Source: a virus
Length of the DNA stretch: 53,694 nucleotides
Direction: 5' to 3' (one strand)
Virus record (IMG/VR): IMGVR_UViG_3300025108_000005
Under the pieces are notes generated by a model. That model saw only the letters and a program-made list of their open reading frames with translations. It made no database searches and was not told the DNA's origin. The translations under genes were made by a program, and so were the position numbers. Positions 10,696 to 19,906 of the stretch are shown piece by piece (positions within the stretch are counted from its first letter, which is position 1; each line of letters starts with the position of its first letter).

Positions 10696-11356
10696 TGCGA
10701 TAATTCCTTAAACTTGGTGTTATTTGGAAAGATGCACGATCTCTGTCCTCGTCAATCGCGCGGCGCATTTCTTCTTCATACACTGCCTTTAACATTTGAA
10801 CGCGCTCCGGCGCACGTTTTAGTGCAATGTAATATGCCAATCCCGCTGAAAGACATGGATAAAAGCGAAATGGAACATCTGCAGTGTTTGTTTGAGTATC
10901 TGCATCATCAATACGAGTTAGACAATCATATACAATGATATCTGTACTGTTATCTGGAACAGGCCAAACCTTCAAAACAGGCGTTATTTGCCGATCAACA
11001 AAGAACTGAGTAATACGACCTTCAGTTGTTTTTGTTGGAATTGCTATGTATTCGTCGCGGCTGATGCGATCTACAGAATAATCTGTACCACTACGGCGAA
11101 CAACTGCGGACAAAATGTCTATAACATCCCCATCTAGCGTATAATCGCCATCAGATTCTATCGCTGTGATAGTCCTTTGCTTAATTGTCCACTGATTTAG
11201 GCCACGGTTCGCCCAATCTGCAAACATAAGGTTTAAAGAACGCCTCGCTGTGCGCAAATCATAACCTGTACGGGCTTCTAAGCCACACCGCTCAAAAGCC
11301 TCTTCGATGTACTCTGCTACATCTAATTCAAAGTCTGTTGAGCCTGATACGGTCAT
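10688..11356 (-). CDS. Head-tail adaptor candidate
   Basis: 222-aa ORF between the head and tail genes. The function is a guess from position only. Confidence 0.8.
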   Translation of the reverse strand: MTVSGSTDFELDVAEYIEEAFERCGLEARTGYDLRTARRSLNLMFADWANRGLNQWTIKQRTITAIESDGDYTLDGDVIDILSAVVRRSGTDYSVDRISRDEYIAIPTKTTEGRITQFFVDRQITPVLKVWPVPDNSTDIIVYDCLTRIDDADTQTNTADVPFRFYPCLSAGLAYYIALKRAPERVQMLKAVYEEEMRRAIDEDRDRASFQITPSLRNYRIV

Positions 11357-11631
11357 TTCTTCTTCCTTTTAAGCGACTTAACGCGCTTCGGTTTTCCTGC
11401 AGGTTGTCCAAGACGCTTCTTTTGGGCTATTCTACTACCCTTTTCAGTCGATGTCATCTCTGACGCGGTTTTTGGCGTTTTAGAACTTACACGCTTTGTT
11501 GGTCTGCAATATGGTGTGCCTCGCTTTTCTCCCTTTTTGCGACCACAAGCCTTGCCAGTACGGACATCCTTCCAGTCCTCTTTAAACCAACGCTTGAGTG
11601 CAGCACCTTTTTTTGTCTTACGAACAGCCAT
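11353..11631 (-). CDS. Highly basic small protein (Lys/Arg-rich)
   Basis: 92 aa, ending ...KPKRVKSLKRKKK. ATGA coupling. Confidence 0.75.
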   Translation of the reverse strand: MAVRKTKKGAALKRWFKEDWKDVRTGKACGRKKGEKRGTPYCRPTKRVSSKTPKTASEMTSTEKGSRIAQKKRLGQPAGKPKRVKSLKRKKK

Positions 11632-11912
11632 TAGCTCAACTTTGTCACTTTACGACGATTTGTCATTACTTTGCCGCATCCATTTGCAATCGCCTCTCCG
11701 CCACCTAACATACGGCGCACTGGACGCTTACGAAACTCATTTGACGGCATTATCTCACCACCTATGGCCTTATTAACAGGCTTTTTCTTACTTTTGTTTC
11801 CCCAATTCTTTGCGCCTACTTTTCGGCATTTAGCGATTGCGCCGCTTGCGTATGCGCTTGGAAAAACTTTGTACCTTGCTTTTACCTTTCGGTAGCATGC
11901 GTCTTTTGGCAT
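11631..11912 (-). CDS. Highly basic small protein with GG motifs
   Basis: 93 aa with SD AAGGTGA. Contains AIGGEIM and RMLGGGEAI. Confidence 0.75.
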   Translation of the reverse strand: MPKDACYRKVKARYKVFPSAYASGAIAKCRKVGAKNWGNKSKKKPVNKAIGGEIMPSNEFRKRPVRRMLGGGEAIANGCGKVMTNRRKVTKLS

Positions 11913-11981
11913 TTTTCTTCACCTTTCTCTTCATAGGTGGATTTGCCACCTGTTGAGACATTTGAGAGCGACCAATCGCCA

Positions 11982-12200
11982 TTATCTTGCCAACCCTATG
12001 ATTGCTTCCATAAGCATATCACTATTCATCAGCCCTGCTACAAGCAAAGCACCAACAATCATCCACTTCGCTTGAAACAGGATGATTTTGACTTCTTTCA
12101 TGTCGTCTTTCAGCTTATCTACGCTGTCTACTAAATGATCTTGCTGCGTTTGAAACTTCACTAGCTCCAACTCCAAATCGTGGACACTCTTATCCGCCAT
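11982..12200 (-). CDS. Coiled-coil protein with C-terminal TM helix
   Basis: Start re-set to the ATG at 12198-12200 (TAATG coupling), giving MADKSVHDLELELVKF...WMIVGALLVAGLM. Confidence 0.65.
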   Translation of the reverse strand: MADKSVHDLELELVKFQTQQDHLVDSVDKLKDDMKEVKIILFQAKWMIVGALLVAGLMNSDMLMEAIIGLAR

Positions 12201-12493
12201 TAGCATTTCCACCGCTTTCTCGCTTGTCTTAGGCGTGAATTAGGATCTTTCGCCGCTTTTGGAAACTTTTTCATTTGACCCGCAGAACGTGCGCAGAAAG
12301 ATTTACGCCGTTTTGCATCTTTGCTACCCTTTTTGACCTTACCAGTTACAGCAGTCTTGAGCTTAGAGCCGGGATTTGCTTTTTTATACGCGGCAACACC
12401 CTTTTTGGTCATGCCAGCCCCTGATTTGGTCTTACGATAATTACCGCCCTTACCAGTGGTTTTGCGTATCGAATTTTCTTTTTTACGAGCCAT
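12200..12493 (-). CDS. Highly basic small protein
   Basis: Start re-set to the ATG at 12491-12493 with SD AGAGG. 97 aa, Lys/Arg-rich. Confidence 0.75.
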   Translation of the reverse strand: MARKKENSIRKTTGKGGNYRKTKSGAGMTKKGVAAYKKANPGSKLKTAVTGKVKKGSKDAKRRKSFCARSAGQMKKFPKAAKDPNSRLRQARKRWKC

Positions 12494-12494
12494 T

Positions 12495-12782
12495 TTACCT
12501 CTGCACAAACAAAGTTAGCGTTACATTGTTTGGTAATACACCCCAAAGTCCGTTCTCAAAAATTATCCCATCACCCGGAATTTCCATTCCAAAAACTCCT
12601 TTTCCAGACTCATCTAACTCTAAAATAACAGTTCCAGACGCGGCAGAAGCATTGTCATAAATAAATGCTTGATCTGTCGCGCCTGTGTCGTGATTTATAA
12701 TAAAGCCCATTAAACGACCGCGACCTGAAGCAAACGATCCAGAATCGTGTCTGTGAACCGCTTTGACTTCATTCCCAGCCAT
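12495..12782 (-). CDS. Small head-module protein (paralogue of 12792..13073)
   Basis: 95 aa with SD AAGGAG. Shares the MAG start, its length and the IP(G/D)DGI...G pattern with its neighbour. Confidence 0.8.
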   Translation of the reverse strand: MAGNEVKAVHRHDSGSFASGRGRLMGFIINHDTGATDQAFIYDNASAASGTVILELDESGKGVFGMEIPGDGIIFENGLWGVLPNNVTLTLFVQR

Positions 12783-12791
12783 CTTGACTCC

Positions 12792-13073
12792 TTATGACAA
12801 AAATATTGTCAGTTCGTTGCTGGACCCTGTGAAAGCACTAATATACGCGCCACTACCAGCCAAAATGCCATCATCTGGAATATTCAGATGGTGCATACCC
12901 ACTGGAAAAGTTTGCGTAATCAGAGTTTCTCCCGAACCGCTCCCGTTTTTAATCGTAAAAGCGCCAGCCGCAGCAGCGTAAATTACAATTTGACGAATGC
13001 GCGAACGTGCGGGACCGACAACAGCCGCAGATGTTCCCTGCGCCCAATTATATGCCTTTACTGGACCAGCCAT
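12792..13073 (-). CDS. Small head-module protein (paralogue of 12495..12782)
   Basis: 93 aa with SD AAGGAG. Confidence 0.8.
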   Translation of the reverse strand: MAGPVKAYNWAQGTSAAVVGPARSRIRQIVIYAAAAGAFTIKNGSGSGETLITQTFPVGMHHLNIPDDGILAGSGAYISAFTGSSNELTIFLS

Positions 13074-13084
13074 TTAAGTTCTCC

Positions 13085-13315
13085 TTATGCGGTGGCAGTT
13101 GCGCCAGTATCTACGCGAATCCAGTTGTTTCCATCTGAAAACACCAAGTTACCCGTGCCATTGCCAGCCGTCTCAGATACCTTACGGGCGTCGGAAACGT
13201 AATAGATATAACCTTCGTTAGCAGCCGCAGCCGCAGGCAGGTTTGCGAAAAGGATTGGATTGCCCCAAAAAGCGGAATTGCTTTTTACCGGGCCGGAAAA
13301 AGTTGAAGTAGCCAT
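13085..13315 (-). CDS. Small hypothetical protein
   Basis: Start re-set to the ATG at 13313-13315 with SD AGGAG. 76 aa. Confidence 0.8.
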   Translation of the reverse strand: MATSTFSGPVKSNSAFWGNPILFANLPAAAAANEGYIYYVSDARKVSETAGNGTGNLVFSDGNNWIRVDTGATATA

Positions 13316-13388
13316 GTCAATCTCCTGTCGTGGCAAGTGTCAGCCGCACCATGCGACTGTCAGGGATGCCTAAACAATACAGAAGAAT

Positions 13389-13424
13389 AAAACAAAAAGA
13401 AAGAGGCGACTGAAAGCCGCCTCT
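13389..13424 (-). terminator. Rho-independent terminator or attenuator after the capsid gene
   Basis: Minus strand reads AGAGGCGgctttcagtCGCCTCT followed by ttctttttgtttt. Confidence 0.7.
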
Positions 13425-13472
13425 AAGTAAGGAGCAAAACATGAACAATGTCGTGCCCTACTGTAGCACAGA

Positions 13473-14381
13473 TTACGCTCCGGGTGAACCGAATACTGCG
13501 CGTGGGTCAGAATAGCCGAAGCTATAACGCTCACGAGCTTTAAAGCGCATGTTGCCTGTGTCGAAATCCGCTTCCATGTTTGTGCGCATTGGTGAACGCT
13601 CAAAATGCTTGAAGCCATTAGGTGCGTCAGTCTTAATGAAGAACGCATCTGGGTCGGTCAAGAAGTGGTTAACACTGTAACCTTCTGGAAGCATACCCAT
13701 GTTACGGATCGCGTTAACATCATTGTCTGCTGTGCCAACACGCAAAGTTGATTCCAACAAACGATCTGCAACGAATTGCAGTTGTGGTGGAATGATCAAC
13801 TTAGTGCCACGCAGAGCAATGATCATGTTGCGTTCGTCAACGAATGTTGAGATGTCGATAAGAGCATTCTCAAGTGATGTTTCGTTGAGGTCAGCAGCAG
13901 TCGAAGGTTCGTTGCGGAACGTACCACCACCAGCTAGTGGGTGGTCAGTTGCACAAAGTTCTTTGCCGTCACCGCCAGTAAAGTTGCTATCGAACGCATT
14001 ATTGAGCGTAGCAGCAGCTTTAACTTGCTTTGTGTGAGCCATAGAACGAGCCAAAGCACGAGTATAACGCGCACCAAGGCGGTCATACAGGTTATCTTCA
14101 ACAGCTTCTTCGGTTAGTGCGAATGCAAGCGCAACTGTCTCGTGTGTATAACGAGCAGTGTATGCTTCATTTGCGTTATCAAACTGGACACCAGAACCTT
14201 CATTCTTCGTCGGAGCATTTCCGAATCCGACCAGCATAACCTCTTCCTCAAAAGCACGATCTGATGCTTCTGTGTCGTAGATTTCCGCATGCTGATTTTC
14301 ATAGCGGTCATACTCCATTCCGAACAAAGCATTAAGGCCCGGCTCTAGTTCTTTAACGAGTTGTGAACGTGAAATAGCCAT
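13473..14381 (-). CDS. Major capsid protein (candidate)
   Basis: 302 aa with a strong SD GGAGAGGAG. It follows the scaffold-like gene and is followed by a terminator. No fold check was possible. Confidence 0.8.
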   Translation of the reverse strand: MAISRSQLVKELEPGLNALFGMEYDRYENQHAEIYDTEASDRAFEEEVMLVGFGNAPTKNEGSGVQFDNANEAYTARYTHETVALAFALTEEAVEDNLYDRLGARYTRALARSMAHTKQVKAAATLNNAFDSNFTGGDGKELCATDHPLAGGGTFRNEPSTAADLNETSLENALIDISTFVDERNMIIALRGTKLIIPPQLQFVADRLLESTLRVGTADNDVNAIRNMGMLPEGYSVNHFLTDPDAFFIKTDAPNGFKHFERSPMRTNMEADFDTGNMRFKARERYSFGYSDPRAVFGSPGA

Positions 14382-14396
14382 GAATCACTCCTCTCC

Positions 14397-14975
14397 TTAT
14401 GCCAGACCTGCAGTGCCAGCACTGAACAGGTGGTTGTTAATTTTGACAATTACGTTTGTATTTGCCGATGAAACATCGCTATTCTCAGGATCTTGAGAAA
14501 TATCAATGGCTTTCAACGGCAATGTTGCTGTTGTTGCGCCAGTTGTTACGTCCAATTCCATGCGAGAACCACCAGAAGTGGTTTCACCTACAGGTGAATT
14601 GTCAACGATGTCGAAGTTGCCAGCAAGATCAGCTACAGGGAATGCAGCGTCTGCTTGTACTTCGAATGTTGCACTTGGATCATCAATTACGTCTGCAATG
14701 ATGTCAGATGCAGCCACACTACCGGGATAGTAGTTTGACCATGTTGGTTTGCCTGTCGTCGGGTCTGTATAGTTACAGCCATTAAACACGCCAAGGATCA
14801 GTCCTGAACCACCTGCAGCAACACGCTCAATGCCACCACCAGTTACCATGGCAACTAAGTCGCCTTGGAAAATAGCAGTCGCGTAGCCTGAAGCAATACG
14901 GTAGCGGTTCTGTTGTTGAGAACTAATGCTTGTACGTGATGGACGAAGGCCAAAAGGTGCGTCGTAGTTAGACAT
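14397..14975 (-). CDS. Capsid-associated protein (decoration/cement candidate)
   Basis: 192-aa ORF immediately upstream of the capsid gene, with SD GGAGAA. Confidence 0.75.
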   Translation of the reverse strand: MSNYDAPFGLRPSRTSISSQQQNRYRIASGYATAIFQGDLVAMVTGGGIERVAAGGSGLILGVFNGCNYTDPTTGKPTWSNYYPGSVAASDIIADVIDDPSATFEVQADAAFPVADLAGNFDIVDNSPVGETTSGGSRMELDVTTGATTATLPLKAIDISQDPENSDVSSANTNVIVKINNHLFSAGTAGLA

Positions 14976-14977
14976 CC

Positions 14978-15439
14978 TTATTCTCCATCAGATTTGATTC
15001 GTGAGCCGAAACTCACAGAGGATTTACGCTGCGGTGCCAATTTAGGCATCGCGGGGTTATTTTCGCGCATCCAATCGCGATCAACAGCTTCCATTTGGTT
15101 GTGTGTAACGCCTTGGTAGTGATGATTACGTTGATCAGCCAACTCGACGGGGATTCGGGCAAGAACTAAACCGCCGACACCAATAGTGCCTGCGTTGCGC
15201 CCCTCGTCTACAACTGGACCTGAGTATTCTGGATATTCCTCGGCACGAACGAGGTCGTATCCTTCTTGCCGCCGCTTGTGGACGTTGGTTTTGTCATCAA
15301 ACTCCATCACGGATTCACGAATCCAACGATGTTTATACCCCAAAGGGGGTTCCGGCGCTTCTAAAGCCGATCCGGGCCTCCAAACTTTGCGCTCTTGGCG
15401 CTCCCGCGTTTGTGTGTCGCGTGAGGTACGATCTGCCAT
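14978..15439 (-). CDS. Hypothetical head-module protein
   Basis: Start re-set to the ATG at 15437-15439 with SD GGAGAA. 153 aa. Confidence 0.8.
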   Translation of the reverse strand: MADRTSRDTQTRERQERKVWRPGSALEAPEPPLGYKHRWIRESVMEFDDKTNVHKRRQEGYDLVRAEEYPEYSGPVVDEGRNAGTIGVGGLVLARIPVELADQRNHHYQGVTHNQMEAVDRDWMRENNPAMPKLAPQRKSSVSFGSRIKSDGE

Positions 15440-15440
15440 A

Positions 15441-16337
15441 TCAGTTTCTCCGATTTTCAAGTTTAGCTACTTGAGCAGCATATTTATCCAAGGGAACTCC
15501 TAATCTTTCAGCCAAGCGTACTTGACCGGGATTAAGATCCACTTGTTTTTTCCGTCCGCTTTTTAAGGAACGATTACCGCTCCCAGCAGGTGTGACAGAC
15601 TGGACGCTTTTCTTATCACCCTGAAACTTTTGAGGCATTTCTCGACGCATACGCTTGTCGATTTCTGCATAATATTCATCTGAAGTCGGATCATATCCCT
15701 CTTCAGCAATAAGTGTCTCGTGAATTGCACGAGCCGCACCTGTCATAACTTTATCTTGACCAAACCACTTATTCTTACCAATCCATGACTCTAGCTTCGG
15801 GTCACGCTGCTGTTGGCGTGGCTGTGGTTGCTGCTGCTGCTGCTGTGGAACTTGCTGTTGTTGAACAGCTTGAGCCTGTGATCGACCTTTTTGAACACGA
15901 AGACGTTCTTTTTCTATAGCAATTTGAGAAATAGCCTGCTGTGCATCTGCTACTTTATCATAGTCTCCAGCTTCATATGCTTCGGTCAAAGCACGTTTTG
16001 CTTGAGCCTCTTGAGAGGAGATGCGCCCCTCATACTCAGACATATATCCAGTATTTACCGTGGATAGACGCTTTTTATATTCCTCGTTTTGAGCTTGGAC
16101 TTGCTGAATGTACTGAACTGCAGCAGAAGCCTCCTCTTCAGCCTGACGGCGAGCGGCAGTTAGCTTACGAATACGCTTTTGGACATTCTCGCTATACTGG
16201 TCAAGTTCATCATCATCCTGAACATTTGTTCGGGTTTGTTCATCATCGGAGGCAGTTTCAATAACCTCATCAGAGTCGTCATCCAACTCTACAGATGTTG
16301 TTTCTTCAAATTCTTGTTCTTGAGCTTCAGCCTGCAT
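15441..16337 (-). CDS. Scaffolding protein candidate
   Basis: Start re-set to the ATG at 16335-16337 with SD AAGGAG. It has an acidic N-terminus, coiled-coil character and a polyQ tract (QQQQVPQQQQQQPQPRQQQ). Confidence 0.7.
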   Translation of the reverse strand: MQAEAQEQEFEETTSVELDDDSDEVIETASDDEQTRTNVQDDDELDQYSENVQKRIRKLTAARRQAEEEASAAVQYIQQVQAQNEEYKKRLSTVNTGYMSEYEGRISSQEAQAKRALTEAYEAGDYDKVADAQQAISQIAIEKERLRVQKGRSQAQAVQQQQVPQQQQQQPQPRQQQRDPKLESWIGKNKWFGQDKVMTGAARAIHETLIAEEGYDPTSDEYYAEIDKRMRREMPQKFQGDKKSVQSVTPAGSGNRSLKSGRKKQVDLNPGQVRLAERLGVPLDKYAAQVAKLENRRN

Positions 16338-16360
16338 GAAACCTGTCTCCTTTGTTTGCA

Positions 16361-16849
16361 CTATACATATGAAATATCTTTCGGGTCAAGGATTGTGGCT
16401 ATAATATTGTCGTCATTTATAATACGAACCTCAAGTCCTTCCACTTTAAACCTATTTCCAGCATACCTTCCTATAAGAACCCAATCTTTTTCAGAACACC
16501 AGCCCCCTGTTGGGAATTTTTGGGAGTCTTGGTATGCGTCTGGACCTAGTTTAACAACATAAGCAGCAACCGTTGCAAACGATTCACGGTCACGAATTTG
16601 ATCTGGAACATACAATCCGCCCTTGGTTTTCTCACTTGGATAATAAGGAATGATAAGCATGCGGTACCCAGTAGGTTGCGGTAGTCGCTCTAATGCTGAT
16701 GAATCCATTTCTGATGGATCATTTTCATTCTTACTTTCAGACTTATCTTTGCCAAAAGCTGTTTTTACAGGCTTTGGAAGGTCTTCCATACCTGCAGGTT
16801 TGCTTGCTTTTCTTGCCACATGTTCGGGCACATACAGTTTTTTAGTCAT
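16361..16849 (-). CDS. GroES/Cpn10-like co-chaperonin domain protein with N-terminal extension
   Basis: The pattern PTGYRMLI..EKTKGGLYVPD...A.V..LG......D.V......G......R.IN...I.A.. matches the GroES pattern. Confidence 0.7.
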   Translation of the reverse strand: MTKKLYVPEHVARKASKPAGMEDLPKPVKTAFGKDKSESKNENDPSEMDSSALERLPQPTGYRMLIIPYYPSEKTKGGLYVPDQIRDRESFATVAAYVVKLGPDAYQDSQKFPTGGWCSEKDWVLIGRYAGNRFKVEGLEVRIINDDNIIATILDPKDISYV

Positions 16850-17039
16850 CCGCGTACTCAATCGCCTTCATTGCTGATCTGATTTCATCTTCCATGAACG
16901 TTAAGCCTTTGATCTGCCCAACAGCATATTTGTACTCATCAAAAGAACCAATATTACCAGTCCCCAAAGACACCTGTATGTCTTCACGGCGTTGGCGTAA
17001 CTTTTTGTAGAGGTGATCGGCTAAATGTAGTGCGTCCAT
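16842..17039 (-). CDS. Hypothetical small protein
   Basis: 65 aa with SD GGGAGA. Confidence 0.7.
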   Translation of the reverse strand: MDALHLADHLYKKLRQRREDIQVSLGTGNIGSFDEYKYAVGQIKGLTFMEDEIRSAMKAIEYADD

Positions 17040-17101
17040 GCGTGTCTCCCACTAGAACTTTATACGATCTATCGGGAAACACAAGTATTTATCCCACAGG
17101 T

Positions 17102-17440
17102 TTATAAAACACCCTGAAATCTTTGGGGTCTGGCTATTGAGCTAAATCTGCTAACCGCGCCGCCATTAGCTTTTTTTAGCGGCTTTCTTTTTGGCTGGGG
17201 CTTTTTTCTTTGCAGAGGCTTTTGGGGTTTTTTCGACCCACGCTTCATTTTCTGGGGTGTTGGGGTCGTCTTTAACGAAGTGGCCTTTTCCTGTCCTCGC
17301 TCTGACTTTTTCGACTCCGCCAATGCTATCGCCACCGCTTGCTTTCGCGGATACCCCTCCGACACTAGCTTTCTGATGTTGGAGCTTATTATCGCTTGAC
17401 TCCTCCCGTTGGCGAGTGGCAATTTTCTTCTCCTTCTCAA
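17102..17440 (-). CDS. Alternative +1-frame ORF overlapping 17166..17474 (possible frameshift product or overprinted gene)
   Basis: Open 112 codons with only a TTG start and no SD. It contains a protein-like block, SSNIRKLVSEGYPRKQAVAIALAESKK, and a C-terminal ANGGAV motif. Confidence 0.4.
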   Translation of the reverse strand: MRRRRKLPLANGRSQAIISSNIRKLVSEGYPRKQAVAIALAESKKSERGQEKATSLKTTPTPQKMKRGSKKPQKPLQRKKPQPKRKPLKKANGGAVSRFSSIARPQRFQGVL

Positions 17441-17474
17441 CTTCCATCATTTTTGCGCGTACACTACTGGTCAT
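17166..17474 (-). CDS. Small Lys/Ala-rich protein translationally coupled to portal
   Basis: The ATG overlaps the portal stop (TAATG). 102 aa, ending in KKKAPAKKKAAKKS immediately after an A7 run. Confidence 0.65.
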   Translation of the reverse strand: MTSSVRAKMMEVEKEKKIATRQREESSDNKLQHQKASVGGVSAKASGGDSIGGVEKVRARTGKGHFVKDDPNTPENEAWVEKTPKASAKKKAPAKKKAAKKS

Positions 17475-19906
17475 TACTGAACCCCCTTCATTTGTGCATT
17501 GAGAGTCGCAATGTCGCGTTGAGTTTGGATTCTATCCTCTGCGACTCGTGTTTTGTCCTCTAAAGCATCTTGCTGTAGATTCAGACGTTCTTCAGCTAAT
17601 CGCGCATCCATCATTTCGCGCTCACGCTCAAGTTCTTGCTTCGCATCAAATTCTGAAGACTTACGCTGCATATCTGCCGCTTTTAACTGCAATTCTTGTT
17701 GCCTGATCGCAACAAGCGGGTCTTCGCCTTGAGGCATTGGCTCAACAGACTGCGTAAACTCTTCTGTAAGATCCGCGATCAGTATAGCCGCTTGACGCTC
17801 TATCGCAGGCTGTAGCATCTGCATAGCCTCTGGGTTCTGCTGAACCTCTGGTCCTGCTTGCTCCATAACTATCTGCTGCGCCTGTGCTTCAGCAAGCATA
17901 CCAATGTGTTCTTGAATATGCCCCTGAAGCGTTGCCATAGCCTGCGGGTTCATTTGAACAACAGGCGTAGACATAATCGCCAAGTGAGTTTCGATGTGCG
18001 CCTTGTGGTCTTGCTGCGGGAATGCTTGCGGCATGCCGCCAGTCAACGCAATCTTATTCTCCATCGCAGCGTTCATAGGCATAGGCTGTGGTGGGGGTGG
18101 TAAGATCGCGTCGATGTTGTTAACGCCCAAGGCTTCGTACATCTTACGGTACGCTTGGTACAATCCTTGAGGCCCACCGTGGATCTGTGGATTAGATTGA
18201 ACAAGCTGCAATTGGGTTTGCGCAAGAGCAATGCGCTGGGCCATAGAGAAGATGTTAGGGTCACTTACGGGGAGTACATCGACTCGTGCATCAAAGTCCT
18301 GCGCAAAGACTTCAGGTCCAAACTCTGCAGACGGCATATAAGGATACATCTGAATTGTCTCAGAAAATACCTTTGATAGAAGTTTGAACTCAATTTTTTG
18401 CGAATAATGCATGCGCTTATGAATCGCAGACATCACTTTCGTGCCACGCTCCATAATCGCCATTGTAGTGCCTACAGGCGTGTCTCCACCCATCTCACCA
18501 ATCTTCATATCAGCCATAGCCGCAAAGCGGCGTCCTGCGTCCACGAGAGTGCCTAAAAGGTTATAAAGGGTACCAGAAGGCTCCTTGAAGGGAAGGGGCA
18601 TCAAGGAGCTTCTGATATCCGTTCCTGCAACATCAATGTCGCGGAACTCACCCGGTTGTATGGCGCTATCCTCGTCGCGAATACGCGCTCCACGAGCCTT
18701 GAAACCCGCAGGCAAGTTGGAAAGCGTACCCGCATCAATGAGTTGACGCAGTATAGAGGTAGATGCTTGTGCCAACCCGCCAATCATGTGAGTCAAGCCA
18801 AGTCCATAGAAACCAAGACCCGGCAAGAACTTGTAGTGAACGAAATACTGCTTCCGCTTCATCATAGGATCAGACTCAGAATAGTTGCGACGAATCGCAA
18901 GAATCTGACCTGTGTTCTCAATAACCGTTACAATATAAGGAAGTTTCAAACCACTTGGTGATCCTTCCTGATCCATATCCTCAAAACCGGGCAAATCCAA
19001 GTCTGTATGAATTTCATATAGCGTTAGCTCTACTGAAGCATTGCTTGGATGTACGCCTTGGATTTCATTGATAGTCTCTTGGACTTCGCTCATGTTTTCG
19101 CCAGCTTCACCATTCATTGGCAAGTCAACATCGAGATAGAAGCCTGCAAGCTGCAACTTGCGAACCTCATTTGAATCCATCTTAATTACGTGCGTAATGC
19201 GTGGGCTTGTCGCCAAGTCAACTGCACCATAAGGCACAACTAAGTCTTCAGCATGAACAAACTGGCTAACAGCACGACCTTTTAACGGATCAAAGTAAAC
19301 TTTCTTAAACGTAGAACCAATGACTGGAAGATAGAATAACATCTGATCCATTTCAGGATCATACTCTTCCATCTCGTAGGTAATCATATAGTTCATGTAG
19401 TCTTTGACGCGCTCTGCCTGCTTTGTAAGCATTTCGTTCTGCGCACCAACAACTTGTGTTCGAATTGGGCCACTCGCAGGCAACATTTCACGATACGCTT
19501 GCGCTTGAAACTGCGTTACACTCTCAGCAAGCAACGGGTGAATAACGCCAGATGAACCCTCAAATGGCTCAACACGCTCTTCATACTTCATGCCAAGAAA
19601 CTCTAAGCCTTGCTTGTAGGTGTCTTCCCAGTCTTGGCGAGATGAAAAGTCATCATCAATATTACCAGTCAAAGTAGATGAAATCTGACCAAGATCAGAG
19701 TCATCCATAAATTCTGCTAGGTTTGAGTCAAACGCAATCGCCTGAGTTTCTTCCATCTCAGTGTATTCACCAACAATGGCAGACCCATCATCAAACTCAT
19801 AAATGCCGGGAGACTGACCTAGTTCTTCTACAAGAAAATCCTCACCTTCAATCTGGGTTTCTTGCCCCATCATTCCACCCGGACCTGCATCACGTTCAAT
19901 AGCCAT
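17474..19906 (-). CDS. Portal protein (candidate)
   Basis: 810 aa, the largest head-module ORF downstream of terL, with a long C-terminal coiled-coil/acidic tail. SD AAAGGGAAG. Confidence 0.8.
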   Translation of the reverse strand: MAIERDAGPGGMMGQETQIEGEDFLVEELGQSPGIYEFDDGSAIVGEYTEMEETQAIAFDSNLAEFMDDSDLGQISSTLTGNIDDDFSSRQDWEDTYKQGLEFLGMKYEERVEPFEGSSGVIHPLLAESVTQFQAQAYREMLPASGPIRTQVVGAQNEMLTKQAERVKDYMNYMITYEMEEYDPEMDQMLFYLPVIGSTFKKVYFDPLKGRAVSQFVHAEDLVVPYGAVDLATSPRITHVIKMDSNEVRKLQLAGFYLDVDLPMNGEAGENMSEVQETINEIQGVHPSNASVELTLYEIHTDLDLPGFEDMDQEGSPSGLKLPYIVTVIENTGQILAIRRNYSESDPMMKRKQYFVHYKFLPGLGFYGLGLTHMIGGLAQASTSILRQLIDAGTLSNLPAGFKARGARIRDEDSAIQPGEFRDIDVAGTDIRSSLMPLPFKEPSGTLYNLLGTLVDAGRRFAAMADMKIGEMGGDTPVGTTMAIMERGTKVMSAIHKRMHYSQKIEFKLLSKVFSETIQMYPYMPSAEFGPEVFAQDFDARVDVLPVSDPNIFSMAQRIALAQTQLQLVQSNPQIHGGPQGLYQAYRKMYEALGVNNIDAILPPPPQPMPMNAAMENKIALTGGMPQAFPQQDHKAHIETHLAIMSTPVVQMNPQAMATLQGHIQEHIGMLAEAQAQQIVMEQAGPEVQQNPEAMQMLQPAIERQAAILIADLTEEFTQSVEPMPQGEDPLVAIRQQELQLKAADMQRKSSEFDAKQELEREREMMDARLAEERLNLQQDALEDKTRVAEDRIQTQRDIATLNAQMKGVQ

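Noticed and set aside
13370-13648. 92-aa minus-strand ORF overlapping the capsid gene 3' end
   Set aside because: It is out of frame with the capsid gene and runs through the terminator hairpin.
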